Shown: one piece after another, positions 17,766 to 27,055 of the stretch
How positions within the stretch are numbered: position 1 is the first letter of the stretch
How the letters are laid out: every line of letters begins with the position of its first letter
NCBI GenBank assembly: GCA_964022095.1
Contig: CAXHZO010000001.1
Coordinates: 342,435 to 406,434, forward strand
Length of the DNA: 64,000 nt
Origin: an uncultured Arcobacteraceae bacterium
GTDB lineage: Bacteria > Campylobacterota > Campylobacteria > Campylobacterales > Arcobacteraceae
Direction of reading: 5' to 3'
Notes under the pieces: model-generated
Database searches by the model: none
The model's input: the letters and a program-made list of their open reading frames with translations, nothing else
Told to the model about the DNA's origin: nothing
Translations under genes and position numbers: made by a program

Positions 17766-20700
17766 TTATTTTACTTCCCTTGCTCCAATATTTCCATATC
17801 TGTGGAATGAGTGAGAAACTGATTGTTCTTGGAAGTAGTTTAATAACTCTAATCTTCCCTCCATCATTGGTTCTTGTCTTACAATAAATGTTAAACTTTC
17901 TGTTGCTTTTTCAAATACTTTAGTAGGAACTTTAGAAACACTTGAGTAGATAACTCTTTGATAATTAGAAATTGTTGACATAAACTGATCATCAGTTTCA
18001 ATAGCAATTGAATCACCTGCCCCAAATAACTCTTTAGAGCTTTCTAATAATTTTTGAACTTCTGAATTGTTGTTAATTGAAACTTTAAAATTAACACCAG
18101 AAACTTTTGCTGCTAAAATTCTAGATACTGATTCAAATATAGTATCATCACTACTTACTCTAATAACAACTTTCTTTAAAGGAACATATCTAAAGTGATT
18201 GTCTTCACCTCTTACTTCACAATAATCTTTTTCAACACTAAACTCATCTTCATAGTTTTCAAGATATGATTGCAGTGCAACTGATAATTTTTCAAATTCA
18301 TCTTTATTTGATCTAGTTTGTTTACAAGTATCAATAAATTTTGTTAACTCATTTGTATATCTTCTTTTTACTTTTGGAACTGATTTTTCTGTAAAGTTAA
18401 CAAATTGAGTTATATAATTGTAAATACCAACTTTTCTACCTGCTCCAATTGCAGATTTACCCATACCACCAAATGGCTGTCTTAATACGATTGCACCAGT
18501 TGTCCCTCTATTTACATAAAGATTCCCAGCTTTTAAATTTGCTTTCCAGTACGATACTTCTCTTTCATCTAGTGATTCAATTCCAGAAGTTAATCCATAT
18601 CCAGTAGAGTTTACAATATCAATTGCATGCTTTAAATCTTTTGCTTTCATTACAGCAAGTACTGGTCCAAATAACTCATTCATATGAATAAAGTTACCCT
18701 CTTCAACTCCCCATTTAATTGAAGGCTTTAACATAAACTCATTATCATCTGCATACTCAGGAGCTAATAACCATGATTCATTTTTTTCTAATGATGAGAT
18801 AGCTTTTTTAAGATTACCTGATACTGGATTTGCTAAAGTTCCTATTTTATTAGAAAAGTCCCAAACCGTACCAACACTCATAGAACGTGCAGTATCAACT
18901 AAAGCTTTTTTAAACGCTTCATCATTATAAACTTCCTCTTCTAAAACTAAAAGTGAAGTAGCAGAACATTTTTGTCCTGAGTTGTTAAATGCACTTAAAC
19001 ATACATTTTTAACTGCTTGTTCTCTATCTGCCATATTTGTAACAATTGTTGCATCTTTTCCACCAGTCTCTGCAGTTAATAATAAATCTGGTCTAGTTTT
19101 TAACATAGAAGCAGCTGTATCTTCACCACCAGTTAAAATTACAAAATCAACATCTTTATTAGCAATTAAATGCTCACCTGCAAGTGCTCCTGGACAAGGT
19201 GCAAACTGTAAAACATTTTTTGAAATTCCAGCATCCCAGAAACATTTACACATTTCATATGCAGTTAATGCTGCAACTGAAGCTGGCTTGATAATAACAG
19301 TATTACCAGCAGATAAAGCAGATGCAACTCCACCTAAAGGAATAGCTACTGGGAAGTTCCATGGTGGAACAACAACTCCAACACCTTTACCTGTAAATTC
19401 TAAGTTTCCATACTGTTCCCAATGACCAGCACTGTGTGCATAAAATTCGATAAAGTCAACTGCTTCTGATACTTCTACATCAGTTTCTGTAAATATTTTC
19501 CCAACTTCAGCAGCGGCAACACCAATTAAATCATCTCTTCTTTCTCTAACTTTTATTGCAGCTTCTTTTAATAAGGCATGTCTTTGTTTATTAGTTAAAC
19601 TTCTCCAACCATCAACATCATCTTTTGCTACTTGTACTGCTTTTTGTAAATCTTGTGCAGTTGCATTTGCAAATTTACCTGCAAGTACTCCTTCTTTTAA
19701 TTGAGATTTATCAATAGCATCTACTATTTTTCTATCTCCAATTAAATCTTCACCACCAATTACAACTGGAGCAACTTCATGTTGTGTATCTTTTGTAAAC
19801 TTCCATTTTTTTACAATATTTCTTGCCCACTCTTGGTTATTTGGTAAAACAAAATCAGTATCAGCTTCAGCGTGGTATTCTCCTAAATCATAAGAAGAGC
19901 CTTTAAAATCATCCCACTTTTCATTTAATCTATCTTGTGTTCTTTTTGCACCTACAAAAGAAGTTTTTTCATTCTCAAAAGATTTTAAGAATAACTCTTT
20001 TTGCATTTTCCAATCCCTTGAACCAACTTGTAGCCCAAATGAATATCTAATAAAGTTATCATCACCCGTATTTTCATCTAATCTTCTAACTAAATAGGCA
20101 ATTGCATTTGTAAACTGTTCTTTTGCAGCTGTTGGAGCATATAAAATTACAGTTTTTGAAATTTCATTAATTGCAAGTCTTGCAGACTCACTCATACCTT
20201 CTAACATTTCTAAAGTATGATATTTTGTAGTTCCAAACTCTTGAGCTAATTGTGTTGCAAATGCTAATTCAAATAAGTTATGTGATGCTGTTCCAATATG
20301 CATGTATGGTGCATTTTCTGGATTTAATGCAAACCTTGCCATTCTCTTATAGTTTGAGTCTGTATCACTTTTATCTGTATAAGTTACCATTTCCCAATGT
20401 TTTTGACTAGCTTCAGTCTCTTCCATTTCCATATTAGCACCTTTTACAAGTCTAAACTTGATAGGACTTCCACCATTTTGAACTCTATTTTTTGCCCATG
20501 CACATAAATCTTGTTGAACTAAGAATGAATCAGGAATATAAGCTTGAAGTACAATACCTGCATAAAAGTCTTTAAACTGTGGTAAGTCTAATGTTCTTTT
20601 AAATACCTCAACTGTGATATCTAAATCTCTATACTCTTCCATATCAAGATTGATGAACTTATTTGATTTTGTTCCATCTGGTGCTATATAAGGGTATTTT

Positions 20701-21335
20701 TTAGCTTGCTCATAAATTCTAGTTAATTTTTTAACTAAAGTTTGAACTGTACCTTCAAAATTAAGTGGATTAATTTGAGAATATATAGTTGAAATTTTAA
20801 TAGAAATATAGTCAATATTTGGATTTTTTAAAGCTTTTAGATACTTTTGAATTCTCTCTTCTGCTTCTTCTTCTCCAAGAACAACTTCACCAATAAGGTT
20901 AATATTTACCCTTGTTCCTTCTTTTTTTCTCATAACTAAGTGTTTATTAAAAGGCTCTTCTTCTCCTTTAATAACTACTGTTTTTGTGTCTTCTCTAATT
21001 TGGTCTACGAACATTGGAACAGATAGATCAGGTACAAATTTACCGAAATTTTTAAATAGCCATAAAAGAGCTTTATCTTTTGTAGTAAAGAAGTGAGCCA
21101 TTCCATGTTTTTCTAATAAAAAGATGATTTGGTTAGCAACTCTATCATTTGATTCACATCTAAAACATTGGTCCATTAATTCAATAAGTAATGCTTTATC
21201 TTCTGGTTGTTCAAGCATTTTATTCATTTTTACATTAAATGCTTTATCCCAATCACTAACTAGCTGTGAAGCTCTGTTTTGCCATTTTTCTGCTAACTTA
21301 ACTGCAGATTCTATAATTTCTTGTTCATTTCTCAT
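17766..21335 (-). CDS. putA: Bifunctional proline dehydrogenase / P5C (glutamate semialdehyde) dehydrogenase
   Basis: PRODH motifs NLDMEEY, GIVLQAY, RLVKGAN, ASHN, AYLVRRLDEN; ALDH motifs PPWNFP, AETGGK, SGQKCSA, ELFGP, YGLTSG; no N-terminal RHH domain. Confidence 0.96.
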   Translation of the reverse strand: MRNEQEIIESAVKLAEKWQNRASQLVSDWDKAFNVKMNKMLEQPEDKALLIELMDQCFRCESNDRVANQIIFLLEKHGMAHFFTTKDKALLWLFKNFGKFVPDLSVPMFVDQIREDTKTVVIKGEEEPFNKHLVMRKKEGTRVNINLIGEVVLGEEEAEERIQKYLKALKNPNIDYISIKISTIYSQINPLNFEGTVQTLVKKLTRIYEQAKKYPYIAPDGTKSNKFINLDMEEYRDLDITVEVFKRTLDLPQFKDFYAGIVLQAYIPDSFLVQQDLCAWAKNRVQNGGSPIKFRLVKGANMEMEETEASQKHWEMVTYTDKSDTDSNYKRMARFALNPENAPYMHIGTASHNLFELAFATQLAQEFGTTKYHTLEMLEGMSESARLAINEISKTVILYAPTAAKEQFTNAIAYLVRRLDENTGDDNFIRYSFGLQVGSRDWKMQKELFLKSFENEKTSFVGAKRTQDRLNEKWDDFKGSSYDLGEYHAEADTDFVLPNNQEWARNIVKKWKFTKDTQHEVAPVVIGGEDLIGDRKIVDAIDKSQLKEGVLAGKFANATAQDLQKAVQVAKDDVDGWRSLTNKQRHALLKEAAIKVRERRDDLIGVAAAEVGKIFTETDVEVSEAVDFIEFYAHSAGHWEQYGNLEFTGKGVGVVVPPWNFPVAIPLGGVASALSAGNTVIIKPASVAALTAYEMCKCFWDAGISKNVLQFAPCPGALAGEHLIANKDVDFVILTGGEDTAASMLKTRPDLLLTAETGGKDATIVTNMADREQAVKNVCLSAFNNSGQKCSATSLLVLEEEVYNDEAFKKALVDTARSMSVGTVWDFSNKIGTLANPVSGNLKKAISSLEKNESWLLAPEYADDNEFMLKPSIKWGVEEGNFIHMNELFGPVLAVMKAKDLKHAIDIVNSTGYGLTSGIESLDEREVSYWKANLKAGNLYVNRGTTGAIVLRQPFGGMGKSAIGAGRKVGIYNYITQFVNFTEKSVPKVKRRYTNELTKFIDTCKQTRSNKDEFEKLSVALQSYLENYEDEFSVEKDYCEVRGEDNHFRYVPLKKVVIRVSSDDTIFESVSRILAAKVSGVNFKVSINNNSEVQKLLESSKELFGAGDSIAIETDDQFMSTISNYQRVIYSSVSKVPTKVFEKATESLTFIVRQEPMMEGRLELLNYFQEQSVSHSFHRYGNIGAREVK

Positions 21336-21371
21336 TTGCGATCCTTAAAATTTATTCAGTTTTAAACAAAT

Positions 21372-21451
21372 TTTAAGTAGCTTAAAGCGCACGCTTTTAA
21401 ATGTGCTTTAGAGGGGAGCAACCGCCAAGTATGCCCCTCTTGCTACTTAAA
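21372..21451 (-). other. GC-rich branched (three-way) hairpin between livF and putA
   Basis: TTTAAGTAGC/GCTACTTAAA closing stem enclosing TAAAGC/GCTTTA and AGAGGGG/CCCCTCT stems. Confidence 0.6.
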
Positions 21452-21471
21452 TATTTTTCTTCTACTATTTA

Positions 21472-22194
21472 TTAATGTTTTTTACCTAAATATGCCTCTT
21501 GAATTGTTTCAGAATTTAATAACTCTTCAGCAGTACCTTGGTGTGTAATTTTCCCAACTTCTAAAACATATGCTCTATCAGCTAATTTTAAAGCCGCTTT
21601 AGCATTTTGTTCAACTAATAAAACTGTAACACCACTTTGAGCAATCTCTTTAACAGCTTTGAAAATTGCTTTAATTAAAATTGGTGCTAATCCTAAACTT
21701 GGTTCATCAAGTATCAATAACTTTGGCTTAGACATAATAGCTCTACCAATAGCAAGCATTTGTTGCTCACCTCCAGAAAGTGTCCCAGCAAGCTGCTTTC
21801 TTCTCTCTTTTAATCTTGGTAAAATATCATATATCCAAGCAAGTGTTTCTTTATCATGGTCTTTTAATGTATAAGCACCCATCATTAAGTTTTCTTCAAC
21901 ACTTAGTGTTCCAAAAACTTTTCTTCCCTCAGGAGAATGTGCCATACCAAGAGACACAATATCATGTGCAGGAGTTGCAGTGATATCATTTTTATCAAAA
22001 ACTATACTTCCCTCTTTTGCTTTTAATAAACCAGAAATAGTTCTTAAAGTTGTAGTTTTACCAGCACCATTAGCACCTAAAATAGTTACAACTTCTCCTC
22101 TTCTAACTTGAATATCAATACCTTTAATAGCATTAATTGCTCCATATGAAACATGAAGGTTTTTTATATCTAATAATATTTCATGATCTACCAT
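21472..22194 (-). CDS. livF: HAAT-family ABC transporter ATP-binding protein
   Basis: GANGAGKTT, LSGGEQQMLAIGRA, LDEPSLGLAP, LLVEQN. Confidence 0.93.
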   Translation of the reverse strand: MVDHEILLDIKNLHVSYGAINAIKGIDIQVRRGEVVTILGANGAGKTTTLRTISGLLKAKEGSIVFDKNDITATPAHDIVSLGMAHSPEGRKVFGTLSVEENLMMGAYTLKDHDKETLAWIYDILPRLKERRKQLAGTLSGGEQQMLAIGRAIMSKPKLLILDEPSLGLAPILIKAIFKAVKEIAQSGVTVLLVEQNAKAALKLADRAYVLEVGKITHQGTAEELLNSETIQEAYLGKKH

Positions 22195-22976
22195 TATGCA
22201 TCCTCCTCATCGTCATCATCTGAACCAATATATGCCTCAATAACTCTTGGATCACTTTGAACAAAACTAGGCTCACCTTGAGAAATCTCTTTACCAAAGT
22301 TAATAACAGTTATATAATCAGTAAGATTCATAACCATTTCCATATCATGCTCAATCATCATAATTCCAAGACCCATTTCTTTGATCTTTTGAATAATTCC
22401 TGTTAACTCAATTGTTTCATTTTCATTTAATCCTGCTGCTGGTTCATCTAAAATTAATAGTTCAGGATCAGCTGCTAAGGCTCTAGCCATTTCAACTTTT
22501 CTTTGAACTCCATAAGATAAATCACCAGTTGGATGCATTGCAAATTTTGTTAAACCAAAGAATTCCATTAACTCTTCAACTTTTTTCCAATGCTTATCTT
22601 CATCTTTTCTAAATGCAGGAGTATGAACAATTGCGTGGTACCATTTTTGATTACTTTTAGTATGACATCCAGCCATAATATTTTCAGCAACACTCATCTC
22701 TTTGAACAGTCTAATATTTTGGAATGTTCTTAAAACTCCCCTTTGGGCAATTTTATGTGGAGCCATTCCTGTAATATTTTCACCTTTATATTTTATACTT
22801 CCTTTTTCAGGAGTATAAATACCTGTTACACAGTTAAATAAAGTTGTTTTTCCTGCACCATTTGGTCCAATAATTCCATAGATTTGACCTGGTTTAACTT
22901 TAATAGTTAAATCATCAATTGCAACTAATCCATGAAATAGTTTTGAAACATTTTCTATTTCTAATACATATTCCAT
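22194..22976 (-). CDS. livG: HAAT-family ABC transporter ATP-binding protein
   Basis: GPNGAGKTT, RTFQNIRLF, LDEPAAGLN, IEHDM, VIEAYIG. Confidence 0.93.
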   Translation of the reverse strand: MEYVLEIENVSKLFHGLVAIDDLTIKVKPGQIYGIIGPNGAGKTTLFNCVTGIYTPEKGSIKYKGENITGMAPHKIAQRGVLRTFQNIRLFKEMSVAENIMAGCHTKSNQKWYHAIVHTPAFRKDEDKHWKKVEELMEFFGLTKFAMHPTGDLSYGVQRKVEMARALAADPELLILDEPAAGLNENETIELTGIIQKIKEMGLGIMMIEHDMEMVMNLTDYITVINFGKEISQGEPSFVQSDPRVIEAYIGSDDDDEEDA

Positions 22977-23935
22977 TACTTATCTCCTTTCTTAGCTACT
23001 TTATCTCTAATAAATTTTGGAACAATTCCAAATTTAGCTGGCCAAACACCATTTGGTCTTAAAATCATAGTAAGTACCATAGCTGCACCAAAGATTAAAT
23101 ATCTTGATTCTTTAAACTCTGTAAATAACTCTGGCAATACAAACATTACAAATGTTCCAATAACTACACCAGGAAGTGAAGCAGATCCACCAACAAGTAC
23201 AATTGCAAAGAACATAACAGATTGCATAAAGTTAAATGATTCTGGAGATACAGCTGAATATTGAATAGCAAATATACTTCCAGCAGCACCTGCAATAGCA
23301 GCACCTAATGCAAAAGCAAATAGTTTATAATATGAGATATTTATTCCCATAGATTTAGCTGCAATTTCATCTTTATTTATGTAATATAATGCTCTACCAT
23401 AAGCTGATGTATCTAAATTTCTAATAATTAATAGTGTAATTAAAAGTAATCCAAATGCCATATAATAAATACTCATATCAGACCATAATTCATATCCAAA
23501 GATTCTAACTACATCGATTCCGAAAATACCATTAGGTCCACCAGTTAAACCAAATACATCATTTTTTAATACTTGTTCAAAAATGATATTAAATCCAATT
23601 GTTGCAACTAATAAATAATCCCCTCTTAAGTGAATAATAGGACCTGCTAATAGCACTGCTATAACAGCTGGAATAATAATTGCAAAAGGTAATGTTTCAA
23701 TAATTTCAAATCCAAAATGTACATTTAAAATTGCAGTTGTATATGCTCCCATACCAAAGAAAATGGCATGACCCATATTAAATACTCCAGCACGACCAAG
23801 AATAATATCCTGAGAAAATGCTACAACTGAGAATACTAAAAATGTAATACCAATTGATAACCAAGTTGAATCAACAAAAAGTGGGAAAAATGCCATTAAT
23901 ACGACAAAAGCTAACATTATATTTCTATTTACCAT
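22976..23935 (-). CDS. livM: HAAT-family ABC transporter permease
   Basis: GHAIFFGMGAY, LRGDYL, LTGGPNG, DEIAAKSMGIN. Confidence 0.92.
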   Translation of the reverse strand: MVNRNIMLAFVVLMAFFPLFVDSTWLSIGITFLVFSVVAFSQDIILGRAGVFNMGHAIFFGMGAYTTAILNVHFGFEIIETLPFAIIIPAVIAVLLAGPIIHLRGDYLLVATIGFNIIFEQVLKNDVFGLTGGPNGIFGIDVVRIFGYELWSDMSIYYMAFGLLLITLLIIRNLDTSAYGRALYYINKDEIAAKSMGINISYYKLFAFALGAAIAGAAGSIFAIQYSAVSPESFNFMQSVMFFAIVLVGGSASLPGVVIGTFVMFVLPELFTEFKESRYLIFGAAMVLTMILRPNGVWPAKFGIVPKFIRDKVAKKGDK

Positions 23936-24837
23936 TATACTTTCTCCGCTGTTTTTTCACCAAGTAATCCAGTTGGTTTTACAATTAAAATTACAATCAA
24001 CAAGATAAATGTGAATGCTTCTGCCCATTGTGTTGAAATATATCCTGCAATCATTGCATTAAATAATCCAAGTAATAAACCACCTAGCATCGCTCCAGGA
24101 ATTGAACCAATTCCACCAATAATTGCTGCAATAAATGCACTTAAACCATAAAGCCATCCCATATCAAATGTTAAACCTCTATAGTAAATACCAATAAATA
24201 ATCCACCAATTGCACCTAAAACTGAACCAATAACAAAAATTGTTACAATGATTCTATTTACATTAATACCCATTAGTTTTGCTGCATCTTGATCAATTGC
24301 TGTTGCTCTAATAGCTGTACCTATTTTTGTTTTATTAATAAAGAAAAATAGTGCAATCATAACAACTGCTGATAATACTAAAATCACTAATTGAGTAAAT
24401 GAAACTACTACTGTTCCAAATGTCCATGAAATATTTGGGAATAAATCAGACGGGAAAATCTTCATATTCGGTCCCCAAATTAACATAATTCCATTTTGAA
24501 TAACCAATGATGCACCAAGAGCAGAAACTACTGCACTAAGTCTTGGTGCCGTTCTTAAAGGTCTATATGCAAGACGCTCAAGAAGAACACCTACAATAGC
24601 CACTATAATTGCTGTTAAAATAAATATAATAACTATACTTACAAGATTTGTAGCACTTGCTCCAAATAGTTGTGAAAAAATTGTCAGTCCAACATATGCA
24701 GAAAAGGCAACAAGGTCACCGTGTGCGAAGTTAATTAACTTCATCACACCGTATACCATTGTATAACCTAAAGCTACTAATGCATAAAGACTTCCAATAG
24801 TTAAACCATTTATTAACTGTTGAAGAAAAATATCCAT
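23935..24837 (-). CDS. livH: HAAT-family ABC transporter permease
   Basis: YALVALGYTMVYGVMKLINFAHG, ERLAYRPLR, GGIGSIPGA, PTGLLG. Confidence 0.93.
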   Translation of the reverse strand: MDIFLQQLINGLTIGSLYALVALGYTMVYGVMKLINFAHGDLVAFSAYVGLTIFSQLFGASATNLVSIVIIFILTAIIVAIVGVLLERLAYRPLRTAPRLSAVVSALGASLVIQNGIMLIWGPNMKIFPSDLFPNISWTFGTVVVSFTQLVILVLSAVVMIALFFFINKTKIGTAIRATAIDQDAAKLMGINVNRIIVTIFVIGSVLGAIGGLFIGIYYRGLTFDMGWLYGLSAFIAAIIGGIGSIPGAMLGGLLLGLFNAMIAGYISTQWAEAFTFILLIVILIVKPTGLLGEKTAEKV

Positions 24838-24856
24838 AATACCTCTTTATTTATGA

Positions 24857-25972
24857 TTATTGTACAACTTCTTTTGTACCATCATTTTTTAATCTATATA
24901 CAACAAATTTTGCTCCAACTCTTTCACCATCTTCTCTAATGTTAAATGGTCCAGTAATTCCTGGGAAGTCTTTCATATCATTTCTAATATATTCAGAAAT
25001 AGTTTTTGTGTCTAAAGATTTTGTTTTCTCTGCTGCTTCTAAAATAGCTCTTAATCCATCTGCATTAGTTACAGGCCAAATTGATGGAGGATCAATTTTA
25101 AATCTTTCTTTATATGCAGTTAAATATTTTTTAGCTTCTTTATAAGGTAAAATCTCTGGTGTTGGGAAGTTAATTAAAACTGTACCTTCTGCAGATTTTC
25201 CAGCTAATTTATAAAAGTCTGGATTATCATTAGAATCACCACCAACAAAATCAGCTTTAATTCCAAGTTGTGCTTGTTGTGATCTTAATTGACCACCATC
25301 AGTGTAATATCCTGAATAATAAATTACATCTGGATTCATTGATTTAATTTTTGTTAATACTGCTGTAAAGTTTTGAGTACCTGATTTAATTTTACCTCTA
25401 AAGATAACATTTCCACCAATTTTTTTAATTGACTCTTCAGTTGCTGTACCTAAACCGTCTGAGTAAGAAGAGTAATCAGATAAAACAACAATTTTTTCAT
25501 ATTTTTTCTCATTTACTAAATATTCCGCTGTAAAATCAGACTGTGCTGAATTTGGGAATGAATTTCTAAAGAAAGTCCAGTATTTTTTCTTAATTAAAGA
25601 ATCACTTGTACCATCACTAGTTTGTAAAACTTTACTTCTATAGTAAGTAGTTTGTGCAGCTTCAGTTGCACCTGATGTATAAGAACCAATTACTGCAATA
25701 ACACCTGCATTTGATAATTTTTTAGCACAAACAGCTGCTTTTTGAGCTTTTGCTTCATCATCACAAGTTACAACTTCGATTTTCTTACCTAAAAGTCCAC
25801 CTTGTTCATTCTTTTCATCTGCAATTAATCTTACAAAGTTATCAATACTTTGACCTTCATTTGCATACTTACCAGTAATAGGTGCTTGAACACCAATTTT
25901 TACAACATCACTTGCCATTAAAGAACAAGCTAATACACCACTTAGTGCAACTAATTTTGTTAAATTCTTCAT
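24857..25972 (-). CDS. HAAT-family (LivJ/LivK-like) periplasmic amino-acid-binding protein; substrate possibly proline
   Basis: Signal peptide MKNLTKLVALSGVLACSLMA, KIGVQAPITG, GGLLGKKIE, VIGSYTSG; AAGGAG RBS before ATG at 25972. Confidence 0.9.
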   Translation of the reverse strand: MKNLTKLVALSGVLACSLMASDVVKIGVQAPITGKYANEGQSIDNFVRLIADEKNEQGGLLGKKIEVVTCDDEAKAQKAAVCAKKLSNAGVIAVIGSYTSGATEAAQTTYYRSKVLQTSDGTSDSLIKKKYWTFFRNSFPNSAQSDFTAEYLVNEKKYEKIVVLSDYSSYSDGLGTATEESIKKIGGNVIFRGKIKSGTQNFTAVLTKIKSMNPDVIYYSGYYTDGGQLRSQQAQLGIKADFVGGDSNDNPDFYKLAGKSAEGTVLINFPTPEILPYKEAKKYLTAYKERFKIDPPSIWPVTNADGLRAILEAAEKTKSLDTKTISEYIRNDMKDFPGITGPFNIREDGERVGAKFVVYRLKNDGTKEVVQ

Positions 25973-26000
25973 ATAACGCTCCTTATTTAATTTAATTTTT

Positions 26001-26660
26001 TTATAATGAATGCTCAATGATGTAACATCCTATACACCATTCGCCAACTTTTTCGATTTTATTTATCTCTCCTCCTTTAAAGCTTGATTTCAAATTTTTA
26101 TGTTCATTTACTATTTTGTCAAATGATTCAATTATTGCGCTTAATCTCTCATCTGCTTTCTTTCTTGCACTTGATGAAATATCTAAATAAAAAGCGAAAA
26201 CTCCATAATCTAATGTTGTTTCATCTTTTTGCTCTCGCTCTAACATTTTACACATTAGTTCAATATCATCTAAATACTCTTGTTGAACATTTCTAACACC
26301 ATTTTTAATAGACATTACAACTTTAGAAATTGAATCATTATCACTTTTATGCGTAAATCTCTCATCTAAAGTAACACACATTGTTCTATCAATGATGTAT
26401 TTACTTTTCATAAACTCTCTAAAATCACTTCTATTTGGAAGTGAACATCTTAAAATATCAGATACTGTTGCATCTAAAAAAACCTCTGGTGCATCAGATA
26501 ACTTTCCAATTTCTTGTGCAACATGAATTGATAAAAACTTTGGTGGTGCATATGATAAATATAATTCATCACATGTCCAAAAAGTATAGTTTGTTTTAGC
26601 ATTTAAAATACCAGCTATTACCGAATCAATTAGATCATCTTTTTTGGGAAATATACTCAT
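26001..26660 (-). CDS. Hypothetical protein, possible degenerate PD-(D/E)XK nuclease-like fold
   Basis: 219-aa ORF coupled (TAATG) to the upstream RHH gene; alpha/beta pattern with YAPP, RTMCVTL, VVMSIKN, YLDDIE, YGVFAF. Fold call is by-eye inference. Confidence 0.75.
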   Translation of the reverse strand: MSIFPKKDDLIDSVIAGILNAKTNYTFWTCDELYLSYAPPKFLSIHVAQEIGKLSDAPEVFLDATVSDILRCSLPNRSDFREFMKSKYIIDRTMCVTLDERFTHKSDNDSISKVVMSIKNGVRNVQQEYLDDIELMCKMLEREQKDETTLDYGVFAFYLDISSSARKKADERLSAIIESFDKIVNEHKNLKSSFKGGEINKIEKVGEWCIGCYIIEHSL

Positions 26661-26893
26661 TAGTCTAACTCCACATAGTTTTCATCAACTTCTTGAACTA
26701 TTCCACTTTCAAATAAAATATCTTCAATTAATTTATTTTTAGAAATATTTAACTCACCACTTAAAACTTTTAAGGCATCATCTAATTTACTATCAATTTT
26801 TATAGTTAATTGAGAAATCTTTTTCTTATTTGATTTAGTGTGTTTATTAATTACTGTTTGAATTACTGATCTTTTATTTTTTAGCTTTGCCAA
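26660..26893 (-). CDS. Ribbon-helix-helix (CopG/Arc-like) DNA-binding protein
   Basis: QLTIKIDSKLDDALKVLSGELNISKNKLIEDIL fits strand-helix-(G/N)xS-helix RHH pattern; TTG start, AGGGG RBS. Confidence 0.75.
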   Translation of the reverse strand: MAKLKNKRSVIQTVINKHTKSNKKKISQLTIKIDSKLDDALKVLSGELNISKNKLIEDILFESGIVQEVDENYVELD

Positions 26894-26916
26894 AACTGCC
26901 CCTATTGCTTAAGAAA

Positions 26917-26940
26917 TTTTAGTACTACTTTTAGTACTAC
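26917..26940. promoter_or_regulatory. Perfect tandem 12-bp repeat, candidate RHH operator
   Basis: TTTTAGTACTAC twice (26917-26928, 26929-26940), each with palindromic AGTACT, between a minus-strand TG-a-AATAAT -10-like element (about 26956-26964) and the RBS. Confidence 0.6.
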
Positions 26941-27055
26941 CTTTTTTTCTTTAAGCATTATTTCACAGTAAAACTTAACTGAATCTTAATTTTTTTGAGT
27001 TTTGTGCCTATTATTTATACAATTTTGATTTTTACTCATAATTGCTACGTTGTTG

